NCBI GenBank assembly: GCA_047601445.1
Contig: JASGJH010000001.1
Location: 4,864,001-4,928,000 of the forward strand
DNA: 64,000 bases
Direction: 5' to 3'
From: Myxococcales bacterium
GTDB lineage: Bacteria; Myxococcota_A; Polyangia; Polyangiales; DASUME01
How positions within the stretch are numbered: position 1 is the first letter of the stretch; every line of letters starts with the position of its first letter. A program made the position numbers and the translations under genes. A model generated the notes under the pieces. It did not search any database. It was given only the letters and a program-made list of their open reading frames with translations, and had not been told where the DNA came from. Shown here in pieces: positions 46,776-58,200 of the stretch.

Positions 46776-47942
46776 ATGACCCTGCTCGAGTTTGCCGCGC
46801 GCAACGCGCTGCGAAACCGATTCCGCACCTTGCTCACGGTGACCGGCGTCGCGATCACCATCTTGACCTTCGTGCTGCTGCGCACCGTGATCCACGCGTG
46901 GAACGCCGGGGCCGAGTACGCGGCCAAGGATCGCATCGCCACCCGCAACAAGGTGTCCTACGTGGTGGCTCTGCCCCGCCACTATGTCGACGCCATTCGC
47001 GAAGTGGAGGGCGTGGAGGCAGCCACCTGGATGAACTGGTTCGGCGGCAAGGACGCCAAGAACCCGGACGCGTTCTTCGCCAACTTCGTGGTTGATCACG
47101 GGACCTTTCTCGACGTTTACGACGAGATCGTGGTGCCGGCAGAACAACGCGCCAGCTGGTACGCAGACCGCCAGGGTGTGCTCGTGGGCGCCTCGTTGGC
47201 CAAGCAACTGAACTTGAAACCAGGCGACCGCTTCACCCTGCAAGGCACCATCTATCCCGGCGATTGGACCCTGAATGTTTCGGGCATCTACCGCTCCTCC
47301 CGCAAATCGTTCGACCAGTCGTCGATGATCTTCCGCTGGGACTACATGAACGAGGCGATGACCGACCGCCGCAAGGATCAGATCGGCTGGGTGGTGAGCA
47401 AGGTGGCCGAGGCCGGGGCAGGAGCCGAGGTGAGCGCGACCATCGACCGCATGTTCGACGAGCGGGACACGCAGACCTTGAGCATGAGCGAGCGCGCCTT
47501 GAACCTGTCGTTCCTGGGCATGTTCGACGCGATCTTGAAGGCCATCGACGCGGTCTCGGCCATCATCCTGCTGATCCTGATCATGATCCTGGCGAACACC
47601 ATGGCGATGGGGGTACGCGAGCGAACCAACGAATACGGTGCGTTGCGCGCGCTCGGCTTTCTGCCCAAGCACATCCGCTTCTTCATCCTCGGCGAGGCCG
47701 TGACCATCGGGCTCAGCGCCGGCGCGCTGGGGCTGTGCCTGGCGTATCCCCTGATCAATCTGGGCATTTCACGGTTCATCGAAGAGAACATGGGCGGCAT
47801 GTTTCCCTTCTTCAGGCTCGATCCGAGCGTGGCCATCGCCTCGTTCGTGATCGCCATGCTGCTCGGCCTCGTCGCGGGTCTCGTTCCAGCGTTGCAGGCG
47901 GGCAAGCTCTCCGTGGTGGAAGCCCTGCGGCGCGTCGAGTAG
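46776..47942 (+). CDS. MacB/FtsX-like ABC transporter permease
   Basis: RNALRNRFRTLLT and ANTMAMGVRERTNEYGALRALGF; four-TM topology; RBS GGAGG. Confidence 0.9.
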   Translation: MTLLEFAARNALRNRFRTLLTVTGVAITILTFVLLRTVIHAWNAGAEYAAKDRIATRNKVSYVVALPRHYVDAIREVEGVEAATWMNWFGGKDAKNPDAFFANFVVDHGTFLDVYDEIVVPAEQRASWYADRQGVLVGASLAKQLNLKPGDRFTLQGTIYPGDWTLNVSGIYRSSRKSFDQSSMIFRWDYMNEAMTDRRKDQIGWVVSKVAEAGAGAEVSATIDRMFDERDTQTLSMSERALNLSFLGMFDAILKAIDAVSAIILLILIMILANTMAMGVRERTNEYGALRALGFLPKHIRFFILGEAVTIGLSAGALGLCLAYPLINLGISRFIEENMGGMFPFFRLDPSVAIASFVIAMLLGLVAGLVPALQAGKLSVVEALRRVE

Positions 47943-48119
47943 TCCATGACGCAACTCGCCCGAAACATCGTGACGTCGAGCGCACGACACGGTTTCGTTC
48001 GCGTCCTGCAGGCCAACGAAGTGGACGTCGTGCACGCTCGCGCGCACGCACGCAGCTCGCGCACGTTGATAAAGCGACCTTCACCTCTCCACAACATGGG
48101 TAAGTTGGTGTGATCGACA

Positions 48120-48147
48120 TTGACTTGAGAGACTGAATTCTTAGAGT
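48120..48147 (+). promoter_or_regulatory. Possible sigma70-type promoter for the PKS operon
   Basis: TTGACT-16 nt-TAGAGT in an AT-richer 510-bp intergenic region. Confidence 0.3.
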
Positions 48148-48453
48148 GTGATAAGTCACGACTCGCAGTAGCCCGTGTGAGGAGCTTCGATGCTCCCGCA
48201 CGTCTCGCATCGTCTCACGCAGTAGGAAAGCCCGCTTTGCTCGCCCCCGAAGCAACGGGCTCGAGTGCACTGTTTTTTGCACGTTTTGACGGCATTTCTC
48301 GCGATTTGACCGTCCACTCGCGAACACGATTCAAGACGTAAGTCGACAGTAAGACAGACGCCACGCTCCGAATGGTTAGACCGACCGAACGGCACGTGTG
48401 GCGACGGATGGATTCGTCCATCTCGCGCGGATCCTCATCCGAAGGAGCTCTTA

Positions 48454-51400
48454 ATGACACCGTCCATTCCGAGCATTATTGGGCTCACACCTTTCGAGCA
48501 TCCAGACGTTGGACTCGCACTTGCGCTGTCACGCGCGGGCGCCCTGGGCGTGCTCGAGCTCGGCCATGATCCCGTGCTCATGCGGAAGGCGCTGACGGAT
48601 CTTGCCAAGCGACGCGGCGATTCATTCGGCGTGAGACTCCACGAGTTCACCGACCTAGATGCGCTTTCGCTGCCCGACAACGTGCAGGTGGTCATCGCTC
48701 CGGCTGAGCTCGTGATCGCGGCTCATTCGCGCGCAGCGGCGTGGTTACGCGGACGCCAGGTCCTGGCCCAGGTACGCAGCAGCGCCGAGGCCCACGCCGC
48801 GCTGAAGGTCGGTGTCGACGGGTTGATCGCGAAGGGCCACGAAGCTTCCGGGCAAGTGGGGGAGGAGACGACCTTCGTGCTCCTGCAACGCATCGTGAGT
48901 GAAGGCTTCGGCGTACCCGTCTGGGCTCAGGGCGGTATCGGTCTTCACACCGCCGCGGCCAGCGTGGCAGCGGGCGCCTACGGGGTCGTCGTCGACACGC
49001 CACTCGCGCTGCTCGAGGAGGCGAACACCGCGCCGGAGGTTCGGCGGCTGCTCACGAGCATGGACGGCAGTGAGACCGTGGTCTCGGCAGGCTACAGGTT
49101 GTACTCGCGGCTCGGCGCGCGCACCGCGGAACCCGACATGTCCGCGCGCGCGATCGCGCAGCAGCTGGGCGCGAGCGACCCCGGCAAGCAGTTTCTCACT
49201 CTTGGCCAGGATGCGGCCTTCGCAGCGTCCTTTGCGCGCTTCGCTTCGGCGAAGCGCATGGTGCTGGGATTGCGGCGCGCCATCGCGGGGCACATTCGCC
49301 AGGCCCAAACGCTGCGGCCGCTGGCACCCCATGCGCCACTCGCGACCACCCTGGGCACCCGATATCCCATCGTTCAAGGGCCCATGACCCGTGTCAGCGA
49401 CAGCGCGGCCTTTGCCGAGTCGGTGGCCGCTGACGGAGGCATGCCCTTCCTCGCGCTCGCGTTGATGCAGGGTGAGGAGGCCGGCTCTCTGCTGAAGGAG
49501 ACCCGCGCGCGCCTTGGTTCGCGCCCGTGGGGCGTGGGGATCCTGGGCTTCGTTCCGCCCGAGCTGCGGGAGCATCAACTGGCGCTGATCCTCCAAGCCC
49601 GACCGAGCGCGGTGTTGATCGCGGGCGGTCGACCCTCCCAGGCGCGCCCGCTCGAGGAAGCTGGCATCACCACCTTCCTGCACGTTCCGTCGCCAGGCTT
49701 GCTGGACGCGTTTCTCAAGGACGGAGCCCGGCGCTTCGTGTTCGAAGGGCGCGAATGCGGCGGCCACGTGGGTCCGCGCACCAGCTTCGTGCTTTGGGAG
49801 ACCATGGTGGAGCGCTTGCTGGAGGCGGAGCGCTTGGACGGTGTGACCGTGCTGTTCGCGGGGGGCATCCACGATGCTCGTTCGGCGAGTGCGGTGGCCG
49901 TGTTGGCCGCTCCGCTCGTGGCGCGCGGTGTGCAGGTCGGCGTGCTGATGGGCACCGCGTATCTCTTCACGCAGGAAGCCGTGACCCATGGAGCTATCGG
50001 CCAGGCCTTCCAAGCAGAGGCGGTGCTGTGCGAGGAAACGGCGTTGGTGGAGACTGCCCCGGGGCACGCCACGCGCTGCGCGCGCACCGAGTTCGTGCGC
50101 GCGTTCGAGGCAGAGCGGGCGCGCCTGCAGAGCGCGGGCGCAGACGCGCAGACCGTATGGGCTGAGCTCGAGCAGATGAACCTGGGGCGCCTGAGGATGG
50201 CCTCCAAGGGGTTGCGCCGCGAGGGCAAGGAGCTCGTGAAGCTCAGCGAAGAGGAGCAGCATCGCGACGGCATGTTCATGATCGGTCAGGTGGCGGCGCT
50301 ACGGCAAGCACGCTGCTCGGTGGCTGATTTGCATCGCACCGTGTCGGAGGTCTCGACGGCGCTGCTGCAGGGACTGTCGGTGGCCCCGGAGCCACGGCCG
50401 CGCGGAGCGGTGGATATCGCCATCGTGGGCGCAGCTTGTGTATTTCCAGACGCGCCCGACCTGGAGTCGTACTGGTCGAACATCGTGCGGGGTCACAATG
50501 CCGTGAAGGAAGTGCCAGTGCAGCGCTGGGATCCTGCGGTGCACTTCGACGCCCATGGAGTGGGTGAAAAGACGCCCTCCAAGTGGGGCGGCTTTCTCGG
50601 CCCCACGGTGTTCGATCCGGCTCTGTATGGCATCCCGCCGCGCTCGCTCTCGGCCATCGACCCGACCCAACTCTTGGCGCTGCACGTGGCGCGCTGCGCG
50701 CTCGAAGACTCGGGACTGCTCGAGGTGGGCTTCGATCGAGAGCGCGCGGGCGTGGTCTTCGGCGCCGAGGCGGGCAGTGACTTGGCCAACGGGTACTCGT
50801 TTCGCGGTAGCTATCCGTGCTTCGTCGAAGGGGAGCTGCCAAGCGAGCTCGAGCAGAGTCTCCCGCGGCTCACCGAGGACTCCTTCGCGGGGGTGCTGGC
50901 CAACGTCATCTCGGGCCGTGTCGCCAACCGCCTGGACCTGCGCGGTCCGAACTTCACCGCCGACGCGGCCTGCGCCTCGTCGCTCGCGGCCCTCAGCAGT
51001 GCTTGCAAGGAGCTGTCGTGCGGCAGCTGCGACGTCATGATCGCAGGCGGCGCGGATCTCCACAACGGCATCCATGACTACTTGATGTTCGCGAGCGCGC
51101 ACGCGCTGTCGCCCACCGGACAGTGCCGGACCTTCGACGCGAACGCCGACGGCATCACGCTGGGCGAAGGCGTGGCGGCCGTGGTGCTCAAACGCGTCGA
51201 AGACGCCGAGCGCGACGGCGACCGCATCTACGCGGTGATCAAGGGCGTGGGCGCCAGCAGCGACGGCAAGGCTCTGGGACTCACTGCGCCCCGCAAGGAA
51301 GGACAGCTGCGCGCCGTGGAGCGCGCCTACGAGTATGCGGGCATCTCGCCGGCCGAGGTGGGTCTACTCGAAGCCCATGGCACGGGGACGGTCGTCGGCG

Positions 51401-54400
51401 ACCGCACGGAGCTGGCAGCGCTGACCGAGTTGTTCACCAGCGCAGGGGCGCTGCAAGGGAGTTGCACGCTGGGCTCGGTGAAGAGCCTGATCGGGCACAC
51501 CAAGTGCGCTGCCGGCATGGCAGGGTTGATCAAGGCCATGCTCGCGGTGCAGCGCGGCGTGCTGTTGCCCACCAAGAACATCACGGCGCCGAACCCGGGC
51601 TACACCGGCGCGAGCCCCTTCGTGTTGCGCGACAGCGCGGCGCCTTGGCCAGCCGGCAGGCGCCTTGCGGGCGTGAGCGCGTTCGGCTTCGGTGGGACCA
51701 ACTTCCATGTCGTGCTCGCCGAGCACGGGACGTCGAGCACCCCCGAGGCCGCCTTCATGGACTGGCCCGCGGAGCTGTTCGTGCTGCGCGGCGCGGACCA
51801 AGCCACTATGTCGGGCGTAGTCGAAGCCCTGGAAATCAGTGCGGGCAACGCTCAGGAGCCTCGCTTGTGCGACCTGGCGGCCAGCGCCGAACGCATGAAC
51901 GCCGGATCCCCCATTCGCTGCGCCTTCGTGGCGTCTTCGCTCGATGAACTGCGCGAGAAGCTGGGCGCGGCGCGCAGCGGGCAGAGCCAGCCTGGGTTGC
52001 ATTTCGCCGGGGCCAACGCAGGCCCGGTGGCGCTGTTGTTCCCGGGCCAAGGCAGTCAGAGTCCAGGCATGCTGGCGGAACTCTTCGTGGCATTCCCGCG
52101 CCTGCGCGAGCTGCTGGTGCCGCGCGACGGCTTGGTGGACCGGCTCTATCCCGGGGCAGCTTACTCCGCGTCGGATCGTGAGCGGCAACGCCAGGCCATC
52201 ACGGACACGCAGGTCGCGCAACCGACGCTTGGCATGGTGGACGTGGCCGTCGCCCGGGTGCTCGAGTGGGTGGGCGTACAGCCGACCATGCTCGGCGGAC
52301 ACAGCTACGGCGAACTCGTGGCCCTCTCCGTGGCAGGTGCATTCGACCATGAGACGCTGATAGCGCTGTCTTCGGCGCGCGCTCGCTGCATCCTCGCGGC
52401 GGCGGGTGAGGAGCCAGGCAGCATGGCCGCGGTGCGCGCGCCACTCGAGCAGGTGCAGGCTGCGCTCGCCGAGGAGTCAGGCGTGGTCGTCGCAAACCAC
52501 AACGCGCCCGACCAGGTGGTCATCGCCGGCAGCCGTGCCGCGATCGGCACGGCCGTGGAAAAGCTCCAGGCCCGTGGCCTCACGGCGCGCGCCATCCCGG
52601 TGGCTTGCGCATTCCACAGTCCCCTGGTCGCGGGAGCGAGGGACGCCTTCGCTGACGAGCTGGCGCGCGCAGACCTCACTGCGCCTCGCCTCAGCGTGTT
52701 CTCCAACGCGCTCGCGGCCCCCTACCCCGCGGACCTCGTCGAGGCGCGAGACACGCTGGCGAGCCAGCTGGCGCTACCTGTGCGCTTCGTGGAACAGGTC
52801 GAGGCGATGCATGCGGCGGGAGCACGCGTGTTTGTCGAGGCCGGACCGGGCGGTGTGCTGACCGACCTGGTTGGACGCACGCTGCGCGGCCAGCCCCACG
52901 TGGCCGTCGCCTGCGGTGCCAACGAGCGGCAAGGTCTCGCCTCGCTGCTCGAGGCCATGGCGCGCCTGGTAGGCGCGGGCGTTCCGATCGAGCCGCGCGC
53001 CTTGTTCGAGGGACGTGCTCAGCCGCTGGAGCTGGGGGTGCGCAAGGAGCTGTCGGCCACGGTGTGGTTCGTGGATGGTCTGGGCGCTCGCCCCTTGCAC
53101 GGAGAACTACCGGACTTTGCGATGCGGCCGATCACCAAGCGCGTCGCGCTGGGACAGGGAGTAACCCTCGACGAGAACGATCGCGAGGCCACCGTGCGCG
53201 ACTTCCTGCGCACCACGCGCGAGCTGGTCGATGCCCAGCGTGACGTACTGCTGAGGTTCTTGGGCTCTGACGTGGCGGAGCCTCGACCGCGCCGCGAGCC
53301 GGCCAAGGCCGCTCCCAGAACCAACGGTGCCAAGTCTGCTCAAGGCTCTAACAGGGCGCCGAAGGAGCACGTCGAACCCAAGCCGGAGCAGGCCGCGGAG
53401 ATCAGCACGCTGGAAGCCCTGGTGTTGATCGTGAGCAACCGGACTGGCTACCCGACGGACATGCTCGACCCCGACGTGGACCTCGAGGCGGACCTGGGCA
53501 TCGATTCGATCAAGCGACTCGAGATCGTCGCCGCACTACGCGAGAAGGTCGACGTGTCGAGTGCGACGCCCGACCAGGCGACGCAGGACGCCATGGTGGA
53601 GAAGCTGGCAGGGGCCAAGACGTTGCGCACGATCGCGGAGCTGCTGGACTCGTTCAAGCAGGACCCGCGTCGCTCCATGGACACCGGGAAGAAATCGAGC
53701 GCACTCGAGGGCGAAAGCACGACCCCGGCTCCGACCAACGCCAACGGGACGAGCCCTGCGATGGGTCCGCTCGTGGAGCGCTACGTGGTGGATGTCGAGC
53801 CCATCGATCCAGCACGTGTCGATGATGCGGCCGTGGTCGGGCGTCGCTTCGCCATCACGCGGGACTCGCTGGGCGTGGCGGAGGTGCTATCCGGCTTGCT
53901 GCGAGCCAGCGGTGCAGACGCGCGCATCATCGCGGAGGACGAGGTGCTGGGCGAGACCGACGGCCTGGTCTCGCTGGCCCTCGACGAGGCCTCGCGCGAC
54001 GTCGTGCACAATCTGTTTCGGCGGGTGAAGGAAGCGGCCACGGCGAACGCCCGCTGGATCATGGCCGCCACGGCGCTCGGGGGTCGCTTCGGGCACCACG
54101 CCCATGCACGCCACGGCGCGGCTGCGTTTGGCGGAGTGGCGGGCCTGCTCAAGAGCGTGGCGCGCGAGCTGCCCGAAGCTCGCGTGCGGGTCGTAGACCT
54201 GGCGCCGACGGAGGGTGCAGCACAGCTCGCCGAGTACTTGCTGGCGGAGATCCTCGCTGGTGACCAGCAGCTCGAGGTCGGCTACTCGGAGGGCGTGCGT
54301 CGTGCCCCGGTGGTCGCGCGGCGCCCCTCCGCACCGCCGCCTCAGGCCTCCAAGCTGCGCATCGACGACGCGAGCGTCGTACTCATCACGGGCGGTGCAC

Positions 54401-55218
54401 GAGGTATCACGGGCCAAATCGCCATCGAGATCGCGCGCCGCTATCGCTGCGCACTGGAGCTTGTGGGGCGCACTACGCTGGGCGACGAGACCGAGGACGC
54501 CGAGCTGCGCGCCGCCCCTGACACCGACGCCATCCGGCGCGTGCTGATCAGCCGAATGAACGGTGCCGGCAAGGTCAGTCCTGCCGCGGTCGAGGCTCAG
54601 TGCAGGCAGATCCTCGCCGAGCGTGAGGTGCGAGCCACCCTCGAGGCCATCGAACGAGCGGGCGGACGTGCAGCCTACCACTCCGTGGACGTCGCCGACG
54701 AGAGCGCATTCGGCAGCCTGATCGACCGCCTGCGCAGCCAGCACGGGCGCATCGACGGCGTGGTCCATGGCGCGGGACGCATCGAGGACAAACTGCTCTC
54801 GGACAAGACCCAGGAGTCGTTTGCTCGCGTGTTCGCCACCAAGGTCGCCGGCGCGCGCACACTGCTGCAACGGCTGGCCTCGGAGGCGCGCTTCTTCGTG
54901 TTCTTCTCGAGCGTCTCGAGCACCTTCGGCAACCGCGGACAAACCGACTACGCGGCGGCCAACGATGCGCTCGACAAGCTGGCCCACTGGCTGCACGGAA
55001 CCGTGGACGCACGGGTGCTCTCCATCAACTGGGGGCCGTGGCGCGGCATCGGCATGGTGCGTCCGGAGCTCGAGCGCGAATACGACAAACGGGGCATCGG
55101 ATTGATCTCACCGGCCGAGGGCATCGAGCGCTTCTTCGAGGAGCTCCTGGTGGGCACCGAGCCGCAGGCCATCCTCACCGCCGGGCACGCCTCCGCGCTG
55201 ACGGCTGGAGGCGTGTGA
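48454..55218 (+). CDS. PUFA-synthase-like type I PKS: tandem FMN enoyl-reductase-like barrels, KS, AT, ACP, KR
   Basis: EGRECGGHVG (FabK/nitronate monooxygenase-like), DAACASS, EAHGTGT, KSLIGHT, GHSYG, AFHS, LGIDSI, ITGGARGI, HGAG and GQTDYAAAN. Confidence 0.92.
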   Translation: MTPSIPSIIGLTPFEHPDVGLALALSRAGALGVLELGHDPVLMRKALTDLAKRRGDSFGVRLHEFTDLDALSLPDNVQVVIAPAELVIAAHSRAAAWLRGRQVLAQVRSSAEAHAALKVGVDGLIAKGHEASGQVGEETTFVLLQRIVSEGFGVPVWAQGGIGLHTAAASVAAGAYGVVVDTPLALLEEANTAPEVRRLLTSMDGSETVVSAGYRLYSRLGARTAEPDMSARAIAQQLGASDPGKQFLTLGQDAAFAASFARFASAKRMVLGLRRAIAGHIRQAQTLRPLAPHAPLATTLGTRYPIVQGPMTRVSDSAAFAESVAADGGMPFLALALMQGEEAGSLLKETRARLGSRPWGVGILGFVPPELREHQLALILQARPSAVLIAGGRPSQARPLEEAGITTFLHVPSPGLLDAFLKDGARRFVFEGRECGGHVGPRTSFVLWETMVERLLEAERLDGVTVLFAGGIHDARSASAVAVLAAPLVARGVQVGVLMGTAYLFTQEAVTHGAIGQAFQAEAVLCEETALVETAPGHATRCARTEFVRAFEAERARLQSAGADAQTVWAELEQMNLGRLRMASKGLRREGKELVKLSEEEQHRDGMFMIGQVAALRQARCSVADLHRTVSEVSTALLQGLSVAPEPRPRGAVDIAIVGAACVFPDAPDLESYWSNIVRGHNAVKEVPVQRWDPAVHFDAHGVGEKTPSKWGGFLGPTVFDPALYGIPPRSLSAIDPTQLLALHVARCALEDSGLLEVGFDRERAGVVFGAEAGSDLANGYSFRGSYPCFVEGELPSELEQSLPRLTEDSFAGVLANVISGRVANRLDLRGPNFTADAACASSLAALSSACKELSCGSCDVMIAGGADLHNGIHDYLMFASAHALSPTGQCRTFDANADGITLGEGVAAVVLKRVEDAERDGDRIYAVIKGVGASSDGKALGLTAPRKEGQLRAVERAYEYAGISPAEVGLLEAHGTGTVVGDRTELAALTELFTSAGALQGSCTLGSVKSLIGHTKCAAGMAGLIKAMLAVQRGVLLPTKNITAPNPGYTGASPFVLRDSAAPWPAGRRLAGVSAFGFGGTNFHVVLAEHGTSSTPEAAFMDWPAELFVLRGADQATMSGVVEALEISAGNAQEPRLCDLAASAERMNAGSPIRCAFVASSLDELREKLGAARSGQSQPGLHFAGANAGPVALLFPGQGSQSPGMLAELFVAFPRLRELLVPRDGLVDRLYPGAAYSASDRERQRQAITDTQVAQPTLGMVDVAVARVLEWVGVQPTMLGGHSYGELVALSVAGAFDHETLIALSSARARCILAAAGEEPGSMAAVRAPLEQVQAALAEESGVVVANHNAPDQVVIAGSRAAIGTAVEKLQARGLTARAIPVACAFHSPLVAGARDAFADELARADLTAPRLSVFSNALAAPYPADLVEARDTLASQLALPVRFVEQVEAMHAAGARVFVEAGPGGVLTDLVGRTLRGQPHVAVACGANERQGLASLLEAMARLVGAGVPIEPRALFEGRAQPLELGVRKELSATVWFVDGLGARPLHGELPDFAMRPITKRVALGQGVTLDENDREATVRDFLRTTRELVDAQRDVLLRFLGSDVAEPRPRREPAKAAPRTNGAKSAQGSNRAPKEHVEPKPEQAAEISTLEALVLIVSNRTGYPTDMLDPDVDLEADLGIDSIKRLEIVAALREKVDVSSATPDQATQDAMVEKLAGAKTLRTIAELLDSFKQDPRRSMDTGKKSSALEGESTTPAPTNANGTSPAMGPLVERYVVDVEPIDPARVDDAAVVGRRFAITRDSLGVAEVLSGLLRASGADARIIAEDEVLGETDGLVSLALDEASRDVVHNLFRRVKEAATANARWIMAATALGGRFGHHAHARHGAAAFGGVAGLLKSVARELPEARVRVVDLAPTEGAAQLAEYLLAEILAGDQQLEVGYSEGVRRAPVVARRPSAPPPQASKLRIDDASVVLITGGARGITGQIAIEIARRYRCALELVGRTTLGDETEDAELRAAPDTDAIRRVLISRMNGAGKVSPAAVEAQCRQILAEREVRATLEAIERAGGRAAYHSVDVADESAFGSLIDRLRSQHGRIDGVVHGAGRIEDKLLSDKTQESFARVFATKVAGARTLLQRLASEARFFVFFSSVSSTFGNRGQTDYAAANDALDKLAHWLHGTVDARVLSINWGPWRGIGMVRPELEREYDKRGIGLISPAEGIERFFEELLVGTEPQAILTAGHASALTAGGV

Positions 55219-58200
55219 TGGACGTCGCCATCGTCGGCATGGCGTGCATGTTCCCGGGCGCCCCGAACCTCTCGAGCTACTACGCCAACTTGTGTGCTGG
55301 CGTGGACGCGATCTCGAGTGTGCCGCCCGCGCGTATCGATCCCAGGCTCTTCGAGGCGCAGCTGCGCGACGATTCCCAGCTCTACTGCGCGCGCGGTGGC
55401 TTCATCGACGCCTATGCGGAGTTCGACTCCCTGGGCTTCGGTGTGATGCCCGTGGCGGCACGAGGAGCCGAACCCGATCAGCTGTTAGCCCTCCAAGTGG
55501 CGACCAGCGCGCTCGAGGACGCTGGCTACGCACACCGCAGCTTCCCGCGCGAACGCACCGCGGTGATCCTGGGCCGTGGCGGGTATTCCACGGCTGCACG
55601 CACCCGACTCGACCAGCGCTTGCGCGGCGCGCAGCAGGTCACGGCCACGCTGCGCGCGCTGCTGCCCGATCTGGATACCCAGACCTTGATCCGCGTACGG
55701 GATGAGCTGCAGGCCCAGATCGACGCCCCGGGCCCCGACGCGGTGATCGGCATCGTGCCGAACCTCACTGCCTCGCGCATCGCCCATCGGCTCGACCTGC
55801 GCGGTGCCGCCTGGACCGTGGATGCCGCCTGCGCGAGCTCCCTGATCGCCGTCGAACATGGCTGCCGTGAGCTCGAGAGCGGTCGCGCGGATCTGGTGCT
55901 GGCAGGCGGCGTGCACGTGTGCCTCAGCGATGGCTTCTGGAGCGTGTTCTGCAGTCTGGGAGCGCTCAGCCGCAAGGAGCAGATCCGCCCCTTCGATCGG
56001 CGGGCCGACGGCCTCTTGATCGGCGAAGGCCTCGGCGTCGTGGTGCTCAAGCGCCTGGCGGAGGCCGAGCGCGACGGCGACTGCATTTACGCGGTGATCC
56101 GCGGCGTAGCGAGCTCGAGCGACGGTCGCGGCGCGACCTTGCTCAGTCCCGCGGTCGAAGGACAGGTGCTTGCCCTGGAGCGCGCCTGGAAGGAGTCGGG
56201 ACTCGATCCTCGCAGTGTGGGCCTGGTCGAGGCCCACGGCACCGCGACTGCCGCCGGTGACCAGGTGGAGCTCACCACATTGGCGCGGGTGTTCGGAGCC
56301 GCCGATGCGAGCGGCGAACGAGCCGTGGTGGGTTCGGTGAAATCCATGATTGGACATGCCATGCCCGCCGCGGGTGCCGCGGGGCTCATCAAGGCGGCGC
56401 TCGCCGTGCACCACGGGACGCTATTCCCCACGTTGCACTGCGAGGAGCCCCACCCGCTGCTCGAGCAGACGCGGTTCCGAGTGATCTCGCGCGCCGAGCC
56501 ATGGAAGGCTGGCGCCCTGCCGCGCCGGGCGGGCGTGAACGCCTTCGGCTTCGGCGGAGTCAACGCCCACGTCGTACTCGAAGAGCACGCGGCCAAGCGC
56601 ACTCGCGTGATGGCGGCTCCACCGCGCAAGGCCGCGCTCGGTGATCGCCTGGCCTGCTTCTCGGCGCCTGATGTCGAGCGTCTGCTGCAAGTCGTGGAGC
56701 GCGGCGCGGAGAGCGTCGACCAGGGACCGGTGCGGGCAGCCTTGCTCGATCCCTCCGAGGAACGCCTCGGACGGCTTGCGGAGATCGTCAAGCGCGGCAA
56801 GGCCTGGCGCGGACGCGAGTCCATCTGGTTTTCGCCCCAGGGCCTGTTGCGGGACGGCGGCAGCGTCGCCTTGCTCTTCCCGGGCATCGACGTGGCGTTC
56901 GAGCCGCAAGTCGAGGACCTGGCGCACCACTTCGGCATCCCGCTGCGTCCCGTGGTGCGCCCCAACACGCTGGAGGAGCAGACCTTTGGGGTGGTGGAGG
57001 TCAATCGCTTTCTCTGCTCGATGCTGGAAGAGCTCGGCGTCCAGGCGGCGCACCTCGCGGGTCACAGCATCGGCGAGTGGAGCGCGCTGATGGCCTCCGG
57101 AGCGTTGCTCGAAGCGGAGCGCACGCGCTTCATGGAATCGCTCAAGCCCGGACGCTACCGTGCCACCGGCGTACCCTTCGCAGCCGCTGGCTGCGACGTG
57201 ATGCGCGCACGCGAGGCGCTGGCAGGCCTGGCTGACGTCGCCATCTCCCACGACAATTGCCCGCATCAAGTGCTGTTGTGCGGGCGCGAATCTTCGCTCG
57301 ACGTGGCCCTCGCACGCCTCACGCGCGCCGGCGTGATGTGCCAAAAGCTCCCCTTCCAATCAGGCTTCCACACCCCCTTCCTGGGCGAGCACGCCGAGCA
57401 CTTCCGCGCCGAGTTCGCGCGTCTCGATCTCGTGCCCCCGACGCGCCGCTTGTGGTCTGCCACCACCTGCGCTCCGTATCCTCACGAGCCAGCTGCCATC
57501 CGCGAGCTCTCCGTGCGGCACCTGCTCGAGCCGGTGCGCTTTCGCGAGCTGCTCGAAAAGCTCCACGAGCAAGGGGCTCGCGTCTTCGTGCAAGCCGGCG
57601 TGGGGAGCCTGACGGGGTTCGTCGAGGACAGCTTGCGCGGTAAGCCTCATTTGGCATTGAACACCAATGTGAAGGACGCGAGCGGGCTGGACCAAATCCG
57701 GCGTGTGCTCCTGGCGCTCTTCGTGGAGGGCGCAGACGGTCTACGGTTCGAGCGCGTGGCAGCGCGCCCGCGTCGCACCATGCAGCTCGCCCTCGGCGTG
57801 CCCGTGGCGAGCGAGTTCACGCCCCTGACCTTGTCCAAGGAAGCCCGCTTGCACCGGGCCCCCGAGGTGACACCGGACAGCCTGGCGGGCGAATTCCGCG
57901 AAGCGCTCGAGGCCATCGAAGCCGCGCAACGCGACGTGTTCGCGCTGCTCGACGCCGACGGCCTCAACGCAAACGAACAGGCCTCCGAACCTGTCGCGCG
58001 CGAGCCCCGCAGCTGGAGCGCACCGCTCCGTCTGTCCGTGGCGCGTGATCCTTCGCTGCTCGATCACGCGCTATTCCCACAGCGCCCGGGCTGGGACGTG
58101 GTGACGGACCTCTTCCCCGTGGTCCCACTCACCATGCTGATCGACCTGGCCATCGAGTACGCGCTCGCAGGGTTCCCCGGCCAAGTGGCCGTGGCCATCG

